A stretch of 64,000 nucleotides of DNA from assembly GCA_964432405.1 (NCBI GenBank), contig CAYSNH010000001.1:122932-186931 (forward strand). Reading direction: 5' to 3'. Positions 55,722 through 64,000 of the stretch are shown here, piece by piece (positions within the stretch are counted from its first letter, which is position 1; every line of letters begins with the position of its first letter). The notes under the pieces are model-generated. The model was given only the letters and a program-made list of their open reading frames with translations. It did not search any database and was not told the DNA's origin. Source of the stretch: an uncultured Candidatus Saccharibacteria bacterium (GTDB lineage: Bacteria; Patescibacteriota; Minisyncoccia; UBA6257; UBA11618). The position numbers were made by a program, and so were the translations under genes.

Positions 55722-55806
55722 TTGCGAATCCTTTCTTTTTAAAGTTCTATAATCTCTCAAAGAGACGTGTTCATATATAATAGAACAAAACAATGAAAAA
55801 AGCAAC

Positions 55807-56343
55807 TTGTTTTACATCAAAAAAAGTGCTAGAATGAAGCATAAATTAATTATGATTATTAACTCTCTTGGTGAAGGAGGGGTTAGAATTCAAACCTCTG
55901 GAACTACAATTATAATCGAACCCTATAAAGACAAGATTCCCGCTCGTGTTAAAGCGGATATCTTTATTAAAACCACTTCAAACGAAGATAAGGTGGTTGC
56001 TGATCACATTATTAAGGGTCCTGGCGAGTATGAAATCAAAGAGGTGGAGATTGTTGGCTTCCATCCTTTCATTTATCGTCTTAAAGCTGAAAATCTTTCT
56101 CTTGGATTTTTGGGCATGCATAGTTCTGAGGATTTAACCGATATCGATATTTTATTTGTCGATGGTGATAGTGAGAAAGCTAAGATTATTAGGCAAATAG
56201 AACCAAAGATGGTGGTAGTGGTTAGTGGCAAGGCTGAGGAGATTGGTAAAGAGTTAGGTCTGAAGGCTAATAAGCAGGAGAAGATTACTTTAAAAAAGAA
56301 AGATTTAGCTAATCAAGACATGCAGCTTGTTCAATTGAAATGA
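55807..56343 (+). CDS. Hypothetical protein
   Basis: 178 aa from a TTG start, or 169 aa from the ATG at 55834 (MKHKLIMIINSLGEGG…). No recognisable motif. Confidence 0.4.
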   Translation: MFYIKKSARMKHKLIMIINSLGEGGVRIQTSGTTIIIEPYKDKIPARVKADIFIKTTSNEDKVVADHIIKGPGEYEIKEVEIVGFHPFIYRLKAENLSLGFLGMHSSEDLTDIDILFVDGDSEKAKIIRQIEPKMVVVVSGKAEEIGKELGLKANKQEKITLKKKDLANQDMQLVQLK

Positions 56344-56708
56344 GTAAAGATATAAAAAGTTTTATTTCTAGGATTCAAGAGTCCGATGAGAATACTAAAA
56401 AAAAGTGGCTAATTATCCTATCTAGTATTAGCTCGGTTATTGTCATTGGTCTTTGGGCGGTGTATCTTAACTTTACCACCGCTAGTATAACTGCGGTTAA
56501 TCCGATGCAAGAAAAAAAACCAGGATTTTTTAAAGTTTTCTTTGCCGGCGCATCAGTAGTTGGTGATAAGGCAACAACAGGATTAGCTAACAGTTATGTT
56601 TATTTCAGTGACAAGACCAAGTCTGAAAATAAGTTTTCAATTAACAAGGACGAACACAATTTTATTTATAAAGAGATAAAACCATTACCTAATAGACAGC
56701 TACCATAA
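56340..56708 (+). CDS. Hypothetical membrane-anchored protein
   Basis: 122 aa with one TM ([21 protein letters not shown]). Confidence 0.4.
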   Translation: MSKDIKSFISRIQESDENTKKKWLIILSSISSVIVIGLWAVYLNFTTASITAVNPMQEKKPGFFKVFFAGASVVGDKATTGLANSYVYFSDKTKSENKFSINKDEHNFIYKEIKPLPNRQLP

Positions 56709-56709
56709 T

Positions 56710-59136
56710 ATGGCTAAGGAAAAAGAAATAAAAAAATCAAAAATAGAAGATATAGAAATTACCGAAGAATTACGTGAGTCATACCTAGACTACGCGATGT
56801 CGGTTATCGTCTCTCGAGCTCTGCCAGATGTGCGTGATGGTCTTAAGCCAGTACAGCGACGCATTCTTTGGGCTATGTGGGATAGTGGTTTGAATCCAGG
56901 TGCTAAGTTGAGAAAATCAGCTAATGTTGTTGGTGAGGTTTTAGGGCGTTACCACCCTCATGGTGATAATGCGGTATATGATGCGATGGCTAGAATGGTA
57001 CAAGACTTCTCTCTTCGCTACCCTCTTATAACTGGACAAGGTAACTGGGGTTCTATTGAAGGAGATTCTCAAGCTGCTATGCGTTATACGGAGTGTAAGA
57101 TGGCTAGAGTTTCTGAAGAGCTCTTGTTTGATGTTGAAAAAGAGACTGTTGATTGGCAAGAGAACTATGACGCTAGTCGAAAAGAGCCCGTTTGTTTACC
57201 AGCCAGACTACCCCACCTTCTGTTAAACGGTGCTATGGGTATTGCTGTTGGTATGGCTACCAACATTCCACCTCACAGCTTAGATGAGGTAGCGGATGCA
57301 GTCATTCATTTAATTGATAAGCCAAAAGCTACTGGTGAAGACTTAATGAGCTTTATTAAAGGGCCCGATTTCCCAACCGGTGGAATTATTTATGATAAAA
57401 AAGCTATTACCGCCGCCTATCTTTCTGGTCGAGGTGGTATTACTTGTAGGGCTAAGACTGAAATTAAAGAAGACCGTATTGAAATTACAGAGGTCCCTTA
57501 TCAAGTTAATGTTTCTGACTTGCTTGTTAAGATTGCTAATTTGGTAATGGAAAAAAAGATTGATGGTATTAGAGATGTTCGTAATGAATCAGATAAAGAT
57601 GGCTTGAGTATTGTGATTGAACTCAAGAAAGACACTATCCCCCAAAGAGTTCTAAATCAATTATTCAAATTTACTGAACTACAAAAAGATTTTCATCTTA
57701 ATATGATTGCCTTGGCTAATGGTTTGCAGCCACAAGTCATGTCAGTGATCGATATTCTTAAATATTACTTAGAACATCGCCAAATTGTTATTCGAAGGCG
57801 TACAGAGTTTGATCTTCGTAAGGCTAAAGAAAGAGCTCATATTCTAGAAGGGCTTTCCAAGGCTTTGTCAGTGATTGATAAGGTTATTGCTACGATCAAA
57901 AAATCTAAAAATAGAGATGATGCTCGTAAGAATTTAATTACCAAGTTTAAATTCTCCGAGATTCAGGCTAATGCAATTCTAGATATGAGATTGCAGAGTT
58001 TAGCTGCTCTTGAGAATAAAAAAATTAATGACGAGCTTAAAGAAAAGAAAGCGATCATTAAAGAATTAGAGCTTATCTTAAAAGATCCTAAAAAAATTCT
58101 TAAAATTATTAAAGATGACTTAAAGAGTCTTAAGGCTAAATATGGTGGCGAGCGAAGAACTCGAGTTGTTGCCACGGGCCTAAAGTCTTTAGGCGATGCC
58201 GACCTTATTAAGTCTGAAGAAACTATTATTACCCGCTCAAGAGGTAGTTATATTAAAAGAGTTTCTCCAACTGCATATAAATCTCAACATCGAGGTGGTA
58301 AAGGGCTAATTGGCTCAGATGTTGCAGAAGAAGATTTCATTGAGCATCTCCTTATCGCTAATACTCATGACAACATACTCTTCTTTACAGACAAAGGGCG
58401 CGTTTTCCAAACCAAGGTTTGGGAGATTCCTTCTTCAAGTAGAACTGCTAAAGGAAAATTAATTCAAAACTTCTTAGAAATCCCTCCTACAGAAAAAGTT
58501 AGTGCCATGGTTACCTATCAAGATAAGTCTGATGGTTACTTAATCATGGCTACCAAAAAAGGAGTCATCAAAAAAACCTCTCTAAAAGATTTTGATAAGG
58601 TGAGGCGGACCGGAATCATTGCCATCTCTCTAAAGAAAGATGATCTCTTGAGTTGGGTTAGACTGTCTTCTGGTAAAGACAATGTTATTTTAACCACTCG
58701 ACAAGGTCAGGCTATTCGCTTTAAAGAATCTCAAGTCAGAGCTATGGGTAGAACTGCCGCTGGAGTAGCCGCTCTTCGTCTCAAGGAGGATGATGAAGTT
58801 AGTTCACTTAATATTATTAATGACGAACACATTAAGAAGGCTAAATTATTGGTGGTAATGGATAGGGGGTATGGTAAGCAAACGAGTATTGCACAGTATA
58901 AGATTCAGAAACGTGGCGGTCTTGGTATAAAAACTGCTAGAATAACTAGTAAGACCGGCCAATTGATTTCAGCTCACTTAATCAATGGTGAAGAAGACCT
59001 CTTCGTCTTGTCTGCAAAGGGTCAGATGATTAGAACAAAGATTAGTTCTGTTCGTTCTGCTAGTCGTGCAACTCAAGGGGTTAAGATTATGAGCTTACGA
59101 GCCGGTGATAATATTATCGGTGCAATATGCCTCTAA
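56710..59136 (+). CDS. gyrA: DNA gyrase subunit A
   Basis: 808 aa; the active-site region AMRYTE, the QRDR ([12 protein letters not shown]), and a GyrA-box-like QHRGGKG in the C-terminal beta-pinwheel. Confidence 0.9.
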   Translation: MAKEKEIKKSKIEDIEITEELRESYLDYAMSVIVSRALPDVRDGLKPVQRRILWAMWDSGLNPGAKLRKSANVVGEVLGRYHPHGDNAVYDAMARMVQDFSLRYPLITGQGNWGSIEGDSQAAMRYTECKMARVSEELLFDVEKETVDWQENYDASRKEPVCLPARLPHLLLNGAMGIAVGMATNIPPHSLDEVADAVIHLIDKPKATGEDLMSFIKGPDFPTGGIIYDKKAITAAYLSGRGGITCRAKTEIKEDRIEITEVPYQVNVSDLLVKIANLVMEKKIDGIRDVRNESDKDGLSIVIELKKDTIPQRVLNQLFKFTELQKDFHLNMIALANGLQPQVMSVIDILKYYLEHRQIVIRRRTEFDLRKAKERAHILEGLSKALSVIDKVIATIKKSKNRDDARKNLITKFKFSEIQANAILDMRLQSLAALENKKINDELKEKKAIIKELELILKDPKKILKIIKDDLKSLKAKYGGERRTRVVATGLKSLGDADLIKSEETIITRSRGSYIKRVSPTAYKSQHRGGKGLIGSDVAEEDFIEHLLIANTHDNILFFTDKGRVFQTKVWEIPSSSRTAKGKLIQNFLEIPPTEKVSAMVTYQDKSDGYLIMATKKGVIKKTSLKDFDKVRRTGIIAISLKKDDLLSWVRLSSGKDNVILTTRQGQAIRFKESQVRAMGRTAAGVAALRLKEDDEVSSLNIINDEHIKKAKLLVVMDRGYGKQTSIAQYKIQKRGGLGIKTARITSKTGQLISAHLINGEEDLFVLSAKGQMIRTKISSVRSASRATQGVKIMSLRAGDNIIGAICL

Positions 59137-60416
59137 ATTTATCTCGTAATCAAATAATAATAGTCAGTCTAGTATTGTTACTGGTCGTTATTTCAATTTT
59201 TGCTTTTTTTGGAATAATACCGGGTATTTTTAAGAAGGACCAAGAGAAGGTCACTTTGAATTTAATGGGCTTTGAAGATCGTCGGGTCTTTTCTCCTGTA
59301 ATTAAAAATTTTAATGACAGGTTTCCTTATATAAAAGTTAAGTATCAGCAGATTAATTTTAATAATTATGAAGATGTTTTAGTTAATCAGTTAGCTGCTG
59401 GTACTGGTCCAGATGTTTTTATGTTCCACAGCACCTGGTTGCCAAAGCATTTTGATAAGATAACTCCCGTTGGCACAGAGCGATTTAACATTAGTGAGGT
59501 AGACAGGCTCTTCCCTACCGTCGTTAGACAAGACTTTGCTCCTAGTGAAGTCGTTTTCTCCCTTCCTTTATATATAGACACCCTTGCTCTTTATTACAAT
59601 AAAGAAATTTTTGATACTAAAGGCATAGCTATCCCTCCTCGAACTTGGTTAGAGTTTCAGGACACGGTCTTAAAAACTCGTCAGAAAGATAGGGCTGGTA
59701 ACTTGTTCCAGCCGGGAGCAGCTATTGGAGGGTCATCTAGAAATATTAGTCGAGCCACTGATATTTTAAACTTACTCTTTCTACAAACCGGCAACCCAAT
59801 GGTTGATAGCAGGTTCACTCAAGCTAATTTTGCTAGTCGAGGACGACAAGCCTTTAATTATTATTTGAGATTTAGTAATCCTAACGATGATTTTTATACG
59901 TGGAATAAGTATCAGCCTTTTTCAGCTGACTTGTTTGCTGAAGGCAAGCTACCAATGATGCTTCATTATAGAGCTCAGGCTTTTGATATTAAGCAGCGCT
60001 CTCCTTTCTTGAGTTTTGGCGTTGCGTCTGCTCCGCATCCTGCTACTCCGGGTCCAGAAGTTAGCTACGCCGACTATTATGGCTTAGCAGTCTCCAATTC
60101 ATCACTTAATCCTCAGGCCGCTTGGGAGTTTATAATACATGTTACTACCGATCCTAAAGCATCTAACATCTATCTATCTAGCACAGGTATGCCACCAGCT
60201 CTTCGTTCTAGTATCAAAGAGAAACTTAATGATCCAGAGCTAGGAATTTTCGCTAAACAGGCTCTAACAGCTCGTTCTTGGCCTCAGATAGACAATAGAG
60301 CGGTTGAGGTATCTTTTTCTAAGATGATAGAATCGGTAATGGAAGGTAGGTTAAGAACTGATCAAGCTCTTCGACAAGCTGAATCAGAGATTACTCAATT
60401 AATGTCTCGTCGCTAA
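59127..60416 (+). CDS. ABC-transporter extracellular solute-binding protein (family 1), membrane-anchored
   Basis: 429 aa; an N-terminal TM then an SBP_bac_1-like fold (…[21 protein letters not shown]…). No permease or ATPase gene is adjacent. Confidence 0.75.
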   Translation: MPLNLSRNQIIIVSLVLLLVVISIFAFFGIIPGIFKKDQEKVTLNLMGFEDRRVFSPVIKNFNDRFPYIKVKYQQINFNNYEDVLVNQLAAGTGPDVFMFHSTWLPKHFDKITPVGTERFNISEVDRLFPTVVRQDFAPSEVVFSLPLYIDTLALYYNKEIFDTKGIAIPPRTWLEFQDTVLKTRQKDRAGNLFQPGAAIGGSSRNISRATDILNLLFLQTGNPMVDSRFTQANFASRGRQAFNYYLRFSNPNDDFYTWNKYQPFSADLFAEGKLPMMLHYRAQAFDIKQRSPFLSFGVASAPHPATPGPEVSYADYYGLAVSNSSLNPQAAWEFIIHVTTDPKASNIYLSSTGMPPALRSSIKEKLNDPELGIFAKQALTARSWPQIDNRAVEVSFSKMIESVMEGRLRTDQALRQAESEITQLMSRR

Positions 60417-60423
60417 TTTTTAA

Positions 60424-60918
60424 ATGCCTCAATTTTTATCACACATAGTTCCTCAGTGTACGGGAAGATTATTCCCTAACAATATAGAAAGACTGTGTAC
60501 TTTTTGTGACTTAATAAAGATGCTTGATAATATAGTTAAATTTTTAGCTGGTCTGGCTCCCTTTTTAGCTATCATTCTTATAATTTGGGGAGCCTTCCTT
60601 GTCATTACAGCCGGCGGATCTTCTGATAGATTGTCTAGTGGTAAAAAAGTTATTCAAGCTGCTGTCGTTGGTCTAGCCATCGTACTTGGAGCTTGGGTTA
60701 TAGTTAGTACAGTATTTCTCATCATTACTGGCGGCAATAGATTTTATGGCGCTCCATTGCCTTGGCATTCTATTCGCTGCACTCAACTTAACACCCCTTC
60801 TAAACCTCGATCTCAATCACTAGGGCCAGGTAGGCATGGTGATGTTAGTAGCGCACAAGAAGCTAGAGAATTTGGCTATAGTGAAGAGCATATAAGAATG
60901 ATTTATCCGGAAGAATAG
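60424..60918 (+). CDS. VirB2/TrbC-like pilin paralog 1
   Basis: Two hydrophobic helices flank a GGSSDRLSSGKK loop (…IILIIWGAFLVITAGGSS…AAVVGLAIVLGAWVIV…). The likely true start is the ATG at 60520 (MLDNIVKFL…). Confidence 0.45.
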   Translation: MPQFLSHIVPQCTGRLFPNNIERLCTFCDLIKMLDNIVKFLAGLAPFLAIILIIWGAFLVITAGGSSDRLSSGKKVIQAAVVGLAIVLGAWVIVSTVFLIITGGNRFYGAPLPWHSIRCTQLNTPSKPRSQSLGPGRHGDVSSAQEAREFGYSEEHIRMIYPEE

Positions 60919-60952
60919 TCACTTACTATAATAATCTGGTATTATTAATATA

Positions 60953-61378
60953 ATGAAAGTAATCTTACTAAAACTTCTTCAAGTTCAGACAGCTTTTGCT
61001 AGAAATCACTATATGATGATTGATGATTCTGGTGGTGGTCAGATTTCTCCAGTTGGAGCCGGACAGATTTCTCCAGTTGGAGCCGGACAGATTTCTCCAG
61101 TTGGCGGCGGCGATATAGTTTTTACCAGCCCTTTAGGCGGGTATAGTAATCTGCAGCTCATCCTTGATAGAGTCATTAATGGCTTACTTATTTTAGCTAC
61201 CCCAGTAGTGGTTATTATGATTCTTTGGGCTGGTTATCAATTTATAGTATCTGGCGGTAGTCCAGATAAGATAACTAAGGCTCGTCAGACTATTCTTTGG
61301 GCTGCTGTTGGTTATGGTATTTTGCTTCTATCAAGAGGAATTACCTTTATAATTCAACAGTTATTAACAGGATACTAA
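60953..61378 (+). CDS. VirB2/TrbC-like pilin paralog 2 with internal tandem repeat
   Basis: A signal-like N-terminus MKVILLKLLQVQTAFA, the repeat GQISPVGA x3, then …IMILWAGYQFIVSGGSPDKITKARQTILWAAVGYGILLL…. Confidence 0.5.
   Translation: MKVILLKLLQVQTAFARNHYMMIDDSGGGQISPVGAGQISPVGAGQISPVGGGDIVFTSPLGGYSNLQLILDRVINGLLILATPVVVIMILWAGYQFIVSGGSPDKITKARQTILWAAVGYGILLLSRGITFIIQQLLTGY
61037..61108 (+). repeat. Perfect 3 x 24-bp tandem repeat inside pilin paralog 2
   Basis: ggtcagatttctccagttggagcc / ggacagatttctccagttggagcc / ggacagatttctccagttggcggc, in frame, encoding GQISPVGA repeats. Confidence 0.85.
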
Positions 61379-61448
61379 TTGTTGAAACTAAACAATCGGT
61401 TAAAATAGTAATGAAAGGTCGTTAAGGAAATCTTATTGTATTAAATTA

Positions 61449-61811
61449 ATGAACAAATTAATGAAGTGGTCTATCATTGCCACATCTTCCCTTCCTTTGC
61501 TGTCATTTGCTCAGCCTTTTAGATCAGGATATGTAGGTGGTCAGTCTGGACAGTCAGCTTCTCGTATTCAGAGTATTGAGGGTGTTATTGACGCAATGAA
61601 TACAGCTATAGGTTGGATCCAAAATATTCTTTTAATTTTAGCTATTATATTAGTATTATGGGCAGCCTTTCTTTATATCACCTCTGGAGGAGATGAGGGT
61701 AAGGTTGGGGCAGCTAAAAAAGCTTTATTCGCAGCAGCTATCGGAATAGCAATCGTGCTTCTAGCCTATTCCATCACTCCTATTATTCAACAGCTGTTAC
61801 AAGCTAGTTAA
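61449..61811 (+). CDS. VirB2/TrbC-like pilin paralog 3
   Basis: A clear signal peptide MNKLMKWSIIATSSLPLLSFAQP, then …ILLILAIILVLWAAFLYITSGGDEGKVGAAKKALFAAAIGIAIVLLAYSI…. The C-terminal IIQQLL is shared with paralog 2. Confidence 0.5.
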   Translation: MNKLMKWSIIATSSLPLLSFAQPFRSGYVGGQSGQSASRIQSIEGVIDAMNTAIGWIQNILLILAIILVLWAAFLYITSGGDEGKVGAAKKALFAAAIGIAIVLLAYSITPIIQQLLQAS

Positions 61812-61835
61812 AATATTTCTTAACGTAATAAAAAA

Positions 61836-61863
61836 GCCCCTGCTATTAACTAGCAGGGGCTTT
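61836..61863. terminator. Bidirectional rho-independent terminator
   Basis: Hairpin GCCCCTGCTA-ttaac-TAGCAGGGGC, with an A-tract upstream and T-tract downstream on the plus strand, and a strong T-tract on the minus strand. Confidence 0.6.
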
Positions 61864-61890
61864 GTCGTTCACATACCCTCTATTCTCTGT

Positions 61891-62445
61891 TTAGGGCGAT
61901 AGCAGTGTACGAACAGTAGCTGCACCCTCTCCACGCAATTGGAAGGTTGTTAAGGACCCTAACTCCAGGATCTTACCATTTTGTAGATCACTCCACTTTA
62001 ACAGAAAGATCCGATCTCTATCAGGATCAAGTATCTCTACCTGACCATCTGGAGGAGGGACGATCTGTATGTATTGGAATAGTCCTGGTTGCAGCTCAAT
62101 GGGCGAAGACCACTCTTCGTTGTCCAACTTTACTTTCGTAGAAGTTGGCTTTGAAGAACTTCCTACAAACAAGACTTCTTGGTTGAACGGAGTCTTCTCA
62201 GAGGTTTTTTGAATCTGCTGACTCGGACTTTCCGAGGTTTCAAAAAACTCACTCGTTTCCTTCCAGATACCTGGAAGGTAGTTGGCTGCCATCATAAGAC
62301 AGCAGATGCAGAGCATGGCTCCAATAAGCCATTTTGCGCCAGCTTTTACGCCTCCAAGAGGGGTCGTTGTTGCAGTATCGGCCATGACGGCCTCCTTTCC
62401 AATAAAAAAGGACAGTGTTAATTTACTGTCCTTAATATAGCACAT
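61891..62445 (-). CDS. Hypothetical membrane-anchored protein, possibly short NfeD-like partner of the SPFH protein
   Basis: The likely start is ATG at 62385 (MADTATTTPLGG…), giving about 164 aa: a TM (WLIGAMLCICCLMMAA) then a beta-rich C-terminal domain (…DGQVEILDPDRDRIFLLKW…). It sits immediately downstream of the SPFH gene. The NfeD call rests on architecture only. Confidence 0.35.
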   Translation of the reverse strand: MCYIKDSKLTLSFFIGKEAVMADTATTTPLGGVKAGAKWLIGAMLCICCLMMAANYLPGIWKETSEFFETSESPSQQIQKTSEKTPFNQEVLFVGSSSKPTSTKVKLDNEEWSSPIELQPGLFQYIQIVPPPDGQVEILDPDRDRIFLLKWSDLQNGKILELGSLTTFQLRGEGAATVRTLLSP

Positions 62446-62458
62446 TTAGCTATATTTG

Positions 62459-63544
62459 TCAATCAGAGCCAGAGTCAGCAAGATCTGGTCTGAGAATAGT
62501 TGTTGCGGACTCACTACCATCAATCGCCACAGTTTGGTGTCTGCTTTGACCATTGATAGCTAGAGCCAAATTCATTCTTGTAGCTTCAGGAATCTCTTCA
62601 AATCCCTTTAGCCGACTCATTGTTTCTAGGATAGCCGCCGTTTCTTTTCCAGTTCGTTGGCGCTTTTCCATAGTTTTTTGGAATTCTTCAGTCCATTTAA
62701 CGCTGGATAGAGCAAAATGATCGATGTCGATAGCATATCTTTCTTCGACATCAGAGTTTTTATCTTTTTCAACAAGCTCTTTATCAAGACACTCTTTTAT
62801 TTCTCGGTAAAAGAGTTTGTAGAAGGCGATCCTGGATTCTGGAGGGATGCAGCAGGCATCGGTAAGAATCTGGCTGTCGTGATCTTCATTGTACTTTGCA
62901 ACCTTTTGATCAAAAGACGCCTCATCCTCTTTCCTGATTTCTTCGAAATCACGATGAGGAATAATTTCAAGGCATAGGATGCAGTTGATGACCAACTGTA
63001 TGATTTCACGATCTTGTATAAATGCCGTGTAATTGTGACGTCCGGCAATGATACCAATCTCGCTACTAATTAAATCTCCCAAGCCCTGCTTGATAGCGGC
63101 TTCAGACAGCCCCGCGAATTTAGAGGCCCTTTGGTCGTCAACTCTGTATTGAGCGGATCCTTCAAGCTCAGCCTCTATCTCGTCTAGAGTTGTAAAGCTT
63201 TCTTTTATCCCAAGGCTTTTAACAGAGGCATCGTGGATATAGACTCTTTGCCATATCCAACACCAATGAATTCCTTCTCTCACATTCCTGCCAGTTCTTT
63301 CGCCAAAGACTCTGTATTCACCGAAGTGAATAGAGGGTACTTTGATGATCGAGCAGTAAATGATAAAAATCACCATTCCACTCCACCCCATCCAGGGCAT
63401 AGTTATTCCCAGCAGATCACTTCCCGTTTGTGAAGAATGATATGCTAGAGCTCCTAATCCTATCAGAGCGCTAATTAGCAGGACTTTCAAAAAATTGTCC
63501 AACAACCAGGTTGTTAATCGATAATCATCTTCCAAGTTACTCAT
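62459..63544 (-). CDS. SPFH/band-7 (stomatin/prohibitin-like) membrane protein
   Basis: 361 aa; an N-terminal TM hairpin then an SPFH-like core (…VPSIHFGEYRVFGERTGRNVREGIHW…). A strong RBS AAAGGGAGG lies 5 nt upstream of the ATG. Confidence 0.7.
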   Translation of the reverse strand: MSNLEDDYRLTTWLLDNFLKVLLISALIGLGALAYHSSQTGSDLLGITMPWMGWSGMVIFIIYCSIIKVPSIHFGEYRVFGERTGRNVREGIHWCWIWQRVYIHDASVKSLGIKESFTTLDEIEAELEGSAQYRVDDQRASKFAGLSEAAIKQGLGDLISSEIGIIAGRHNYTAFIQDREIIQLVINCILCLEIIPHRDFEEIRKEDEASFDQKVAKYNEDHDSQILTDACCIPPESRIAFYKLFYREIKECLDKELVEKDKNSDVEERYAIDIDHFALSSVKWTEEFQKTMEKRQRTGKETAAILETMSRLKGFEEIPEATRMNLALAINGQSRHQTVAIDGSESATTILRPDLADSGSD

Positions 63545-63669
63545 TTCAACCTCCCTTTCTTTTGGGCTTTCTTTCTTTCCCGTTTTTCTCTACGCTTCTC
63601 CTTTTTCTTTCTCTTCCTTGCCTCTCTTTCCTGGTTCTTCTCTGTTCCATGAGGATTTCGTTTAACCAT
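63541..63669 (-). CDS. Possible 42-aa highly basic ORF within the polypurine leader of the SPFH gene (likely non-coding)
   Basis: MVKRNPHGTEKNQEREARKRKKKEKRREKRERKKAQKKGRLK*; its composition is dictated by the AG-rich tract, and the SPFH RBS lies inside it. Confidence 0.15.
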   Translation of the reverse strand: MVKRNPHGTEKNQEREARKRKKKEKRREKRERKKAQKKGRLK

Positions 63670-63745
63670 CTTTATTCTCCTAAATAAGGATACTTGTCAA
63701 AGTTCTGATTTGTGATATTATATTATAAAAAAAGAAACCCGTAAA

Positions 63746-63829
63746 GGGCGAGTGGCGGAATTGGTAGACGCGATAGGTTTAGGACCTATTGAGCTTACGC
63801 TCGTGGGAGTTCGAGTCTCCCCTCGCCCA
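63746..63829 (+). tRNA. tRNA-Leu (anticodon UAG)
   Basis: GGGCGAGTGGCGGAATTGGTAGACGCGATAGGTTTAGGACCTATTGAGCTTACGCTCGTGGGAGTTCGAGTCTCCCCTCGCCCA; a long variable arm, anticodon loop TTTAGGA. A -35/-10-like TTGTCA…TATTAT lies upstream. Confidence 0.8.
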
Positions 63830-63855
63830 CACTTTTAAATGTTCTATTTTTATCT

Positions 63856-64000
63856 CACTCTTTTTTATCGTGAAAGGTTTTGTGCACTTCTTTTAGTTGC
63901 TTGTTAGTTATGTGAGTATAAACTTGGGTGGTAGAAATGTTGCTGTGACCCAGCATTTCTTGAACAGACCTTAAATCCGCCCCATTCATTAAAAGATCAG
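63856..64000 (-). CDS. Tyrosine recombinase (XerC/XerD/integrase family), C-terminal fragment; continues beyond window
   Basis: The minus strand encodes …[42 protein letters not shown], the conserved C-terminus with the catalytic Tyr (…TQVYTH…). Confidence 0.6.

Noticed and set aside
61037-61108. Tandem repeat considered as a possible CRISPR array
   Set aside because: The three units are contiguous with no spacers, in frame inside a CDS, and no cas genes are present. It is a coding tandem repeat, not CRISPR.
48847-63433. Antisense/internal ORFs within topA, the hypothetical membrane protein, pnp, the 55807 ORF, gyrA, the SBP gene, the NfeD-like gene and the SPFH gene (48847.., 51138.., 51662.., 52468.., 52959.., 53364.., 55946.., 56941.., 57963.., 59387.., 61947.., 62179.., 62717.., 62797.., 63233..)
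   Set aside because: Each is embedded in a longer ORF. The pnp, topA, gyrA, SPFH and SBP hosts have strong family signatures; the membrane-protein, 55807 and NfeD-like hosts rest on length and context only.
1-64000. Alternative genetic code (UGA recoding, as in some CPR lineages)
   Set aside because: The long, motif-complete ORFs (gyrA, pnp, topA, PBP1A, virB4) read through without fragmentation under the standard code, and TGA terminates the SPFH and NfeD-like ORFs at sensible positions. There is no sign of in-frame UGA sense codons.

Overview
This is an AT-rich (roughly one-third G+C by eye), gene-dense bacterial window with short, tightly packed and often overlapping genes and almost no biosynthetic content. 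That profile fits a reduced genome such as a Patescibacteria/CPR-type organism, though this is inference only. The window spans the chromosomal replication-origin neighbourhood: rpmH-rnpA-yidC-jag sit divergent from dnaA-dnaN, with DnaA-box clusters on both sides of dnaA. Core informational genes are abundant: smpB with an overlapping tmRNA, infC-rpmI-rplT, rpsT, rpsO, rpsA, pnp, gyrA, topA, uvrB, a UvrD-like helicase, ruvA, ruvB, ruvC, yebC, mutM, holA, tsaE, ksgA, dprA, PBP1A, a split DNA polymerase I, a Pol X core, and tRNA-Ile and tRNA-Leu. The most notable content is a co-directional block of about 11 kb (30836..42031, minus strand) with type IV secretion system hallmarks. It carries a VirB4 ATPase split into an N-terminal-domain gene and an ATPase gene, a VirB3-like protein, a VirB6-like polytopic membrane protein, and a large secreted protein ending in a VirB2/TrbC-like pilin domain. 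No coupling protein or relaxase is present in the window. Three paralogous VirB2-like pilin genes lie in a separate array at 60424..61811, one of them containing a perfect 3 x 24-bp tandem repeat. Several visibly G+C-richer islets interrupt the AT-rich background, each with its own strong terminator: a small lipoprotein at 22567..22782, a 333-aa unknown protein beside tRNA-Ile, a 62-aa ORF or structured element upstream of rpsA, and an SPFH/NfeD-like pair preceded by a polypurine leader. A partial tyrosine recombinase flanks tRNA-Leu at the window edge. All annotations are from reading translated ORFs and motifs by eye; no database searches were run.
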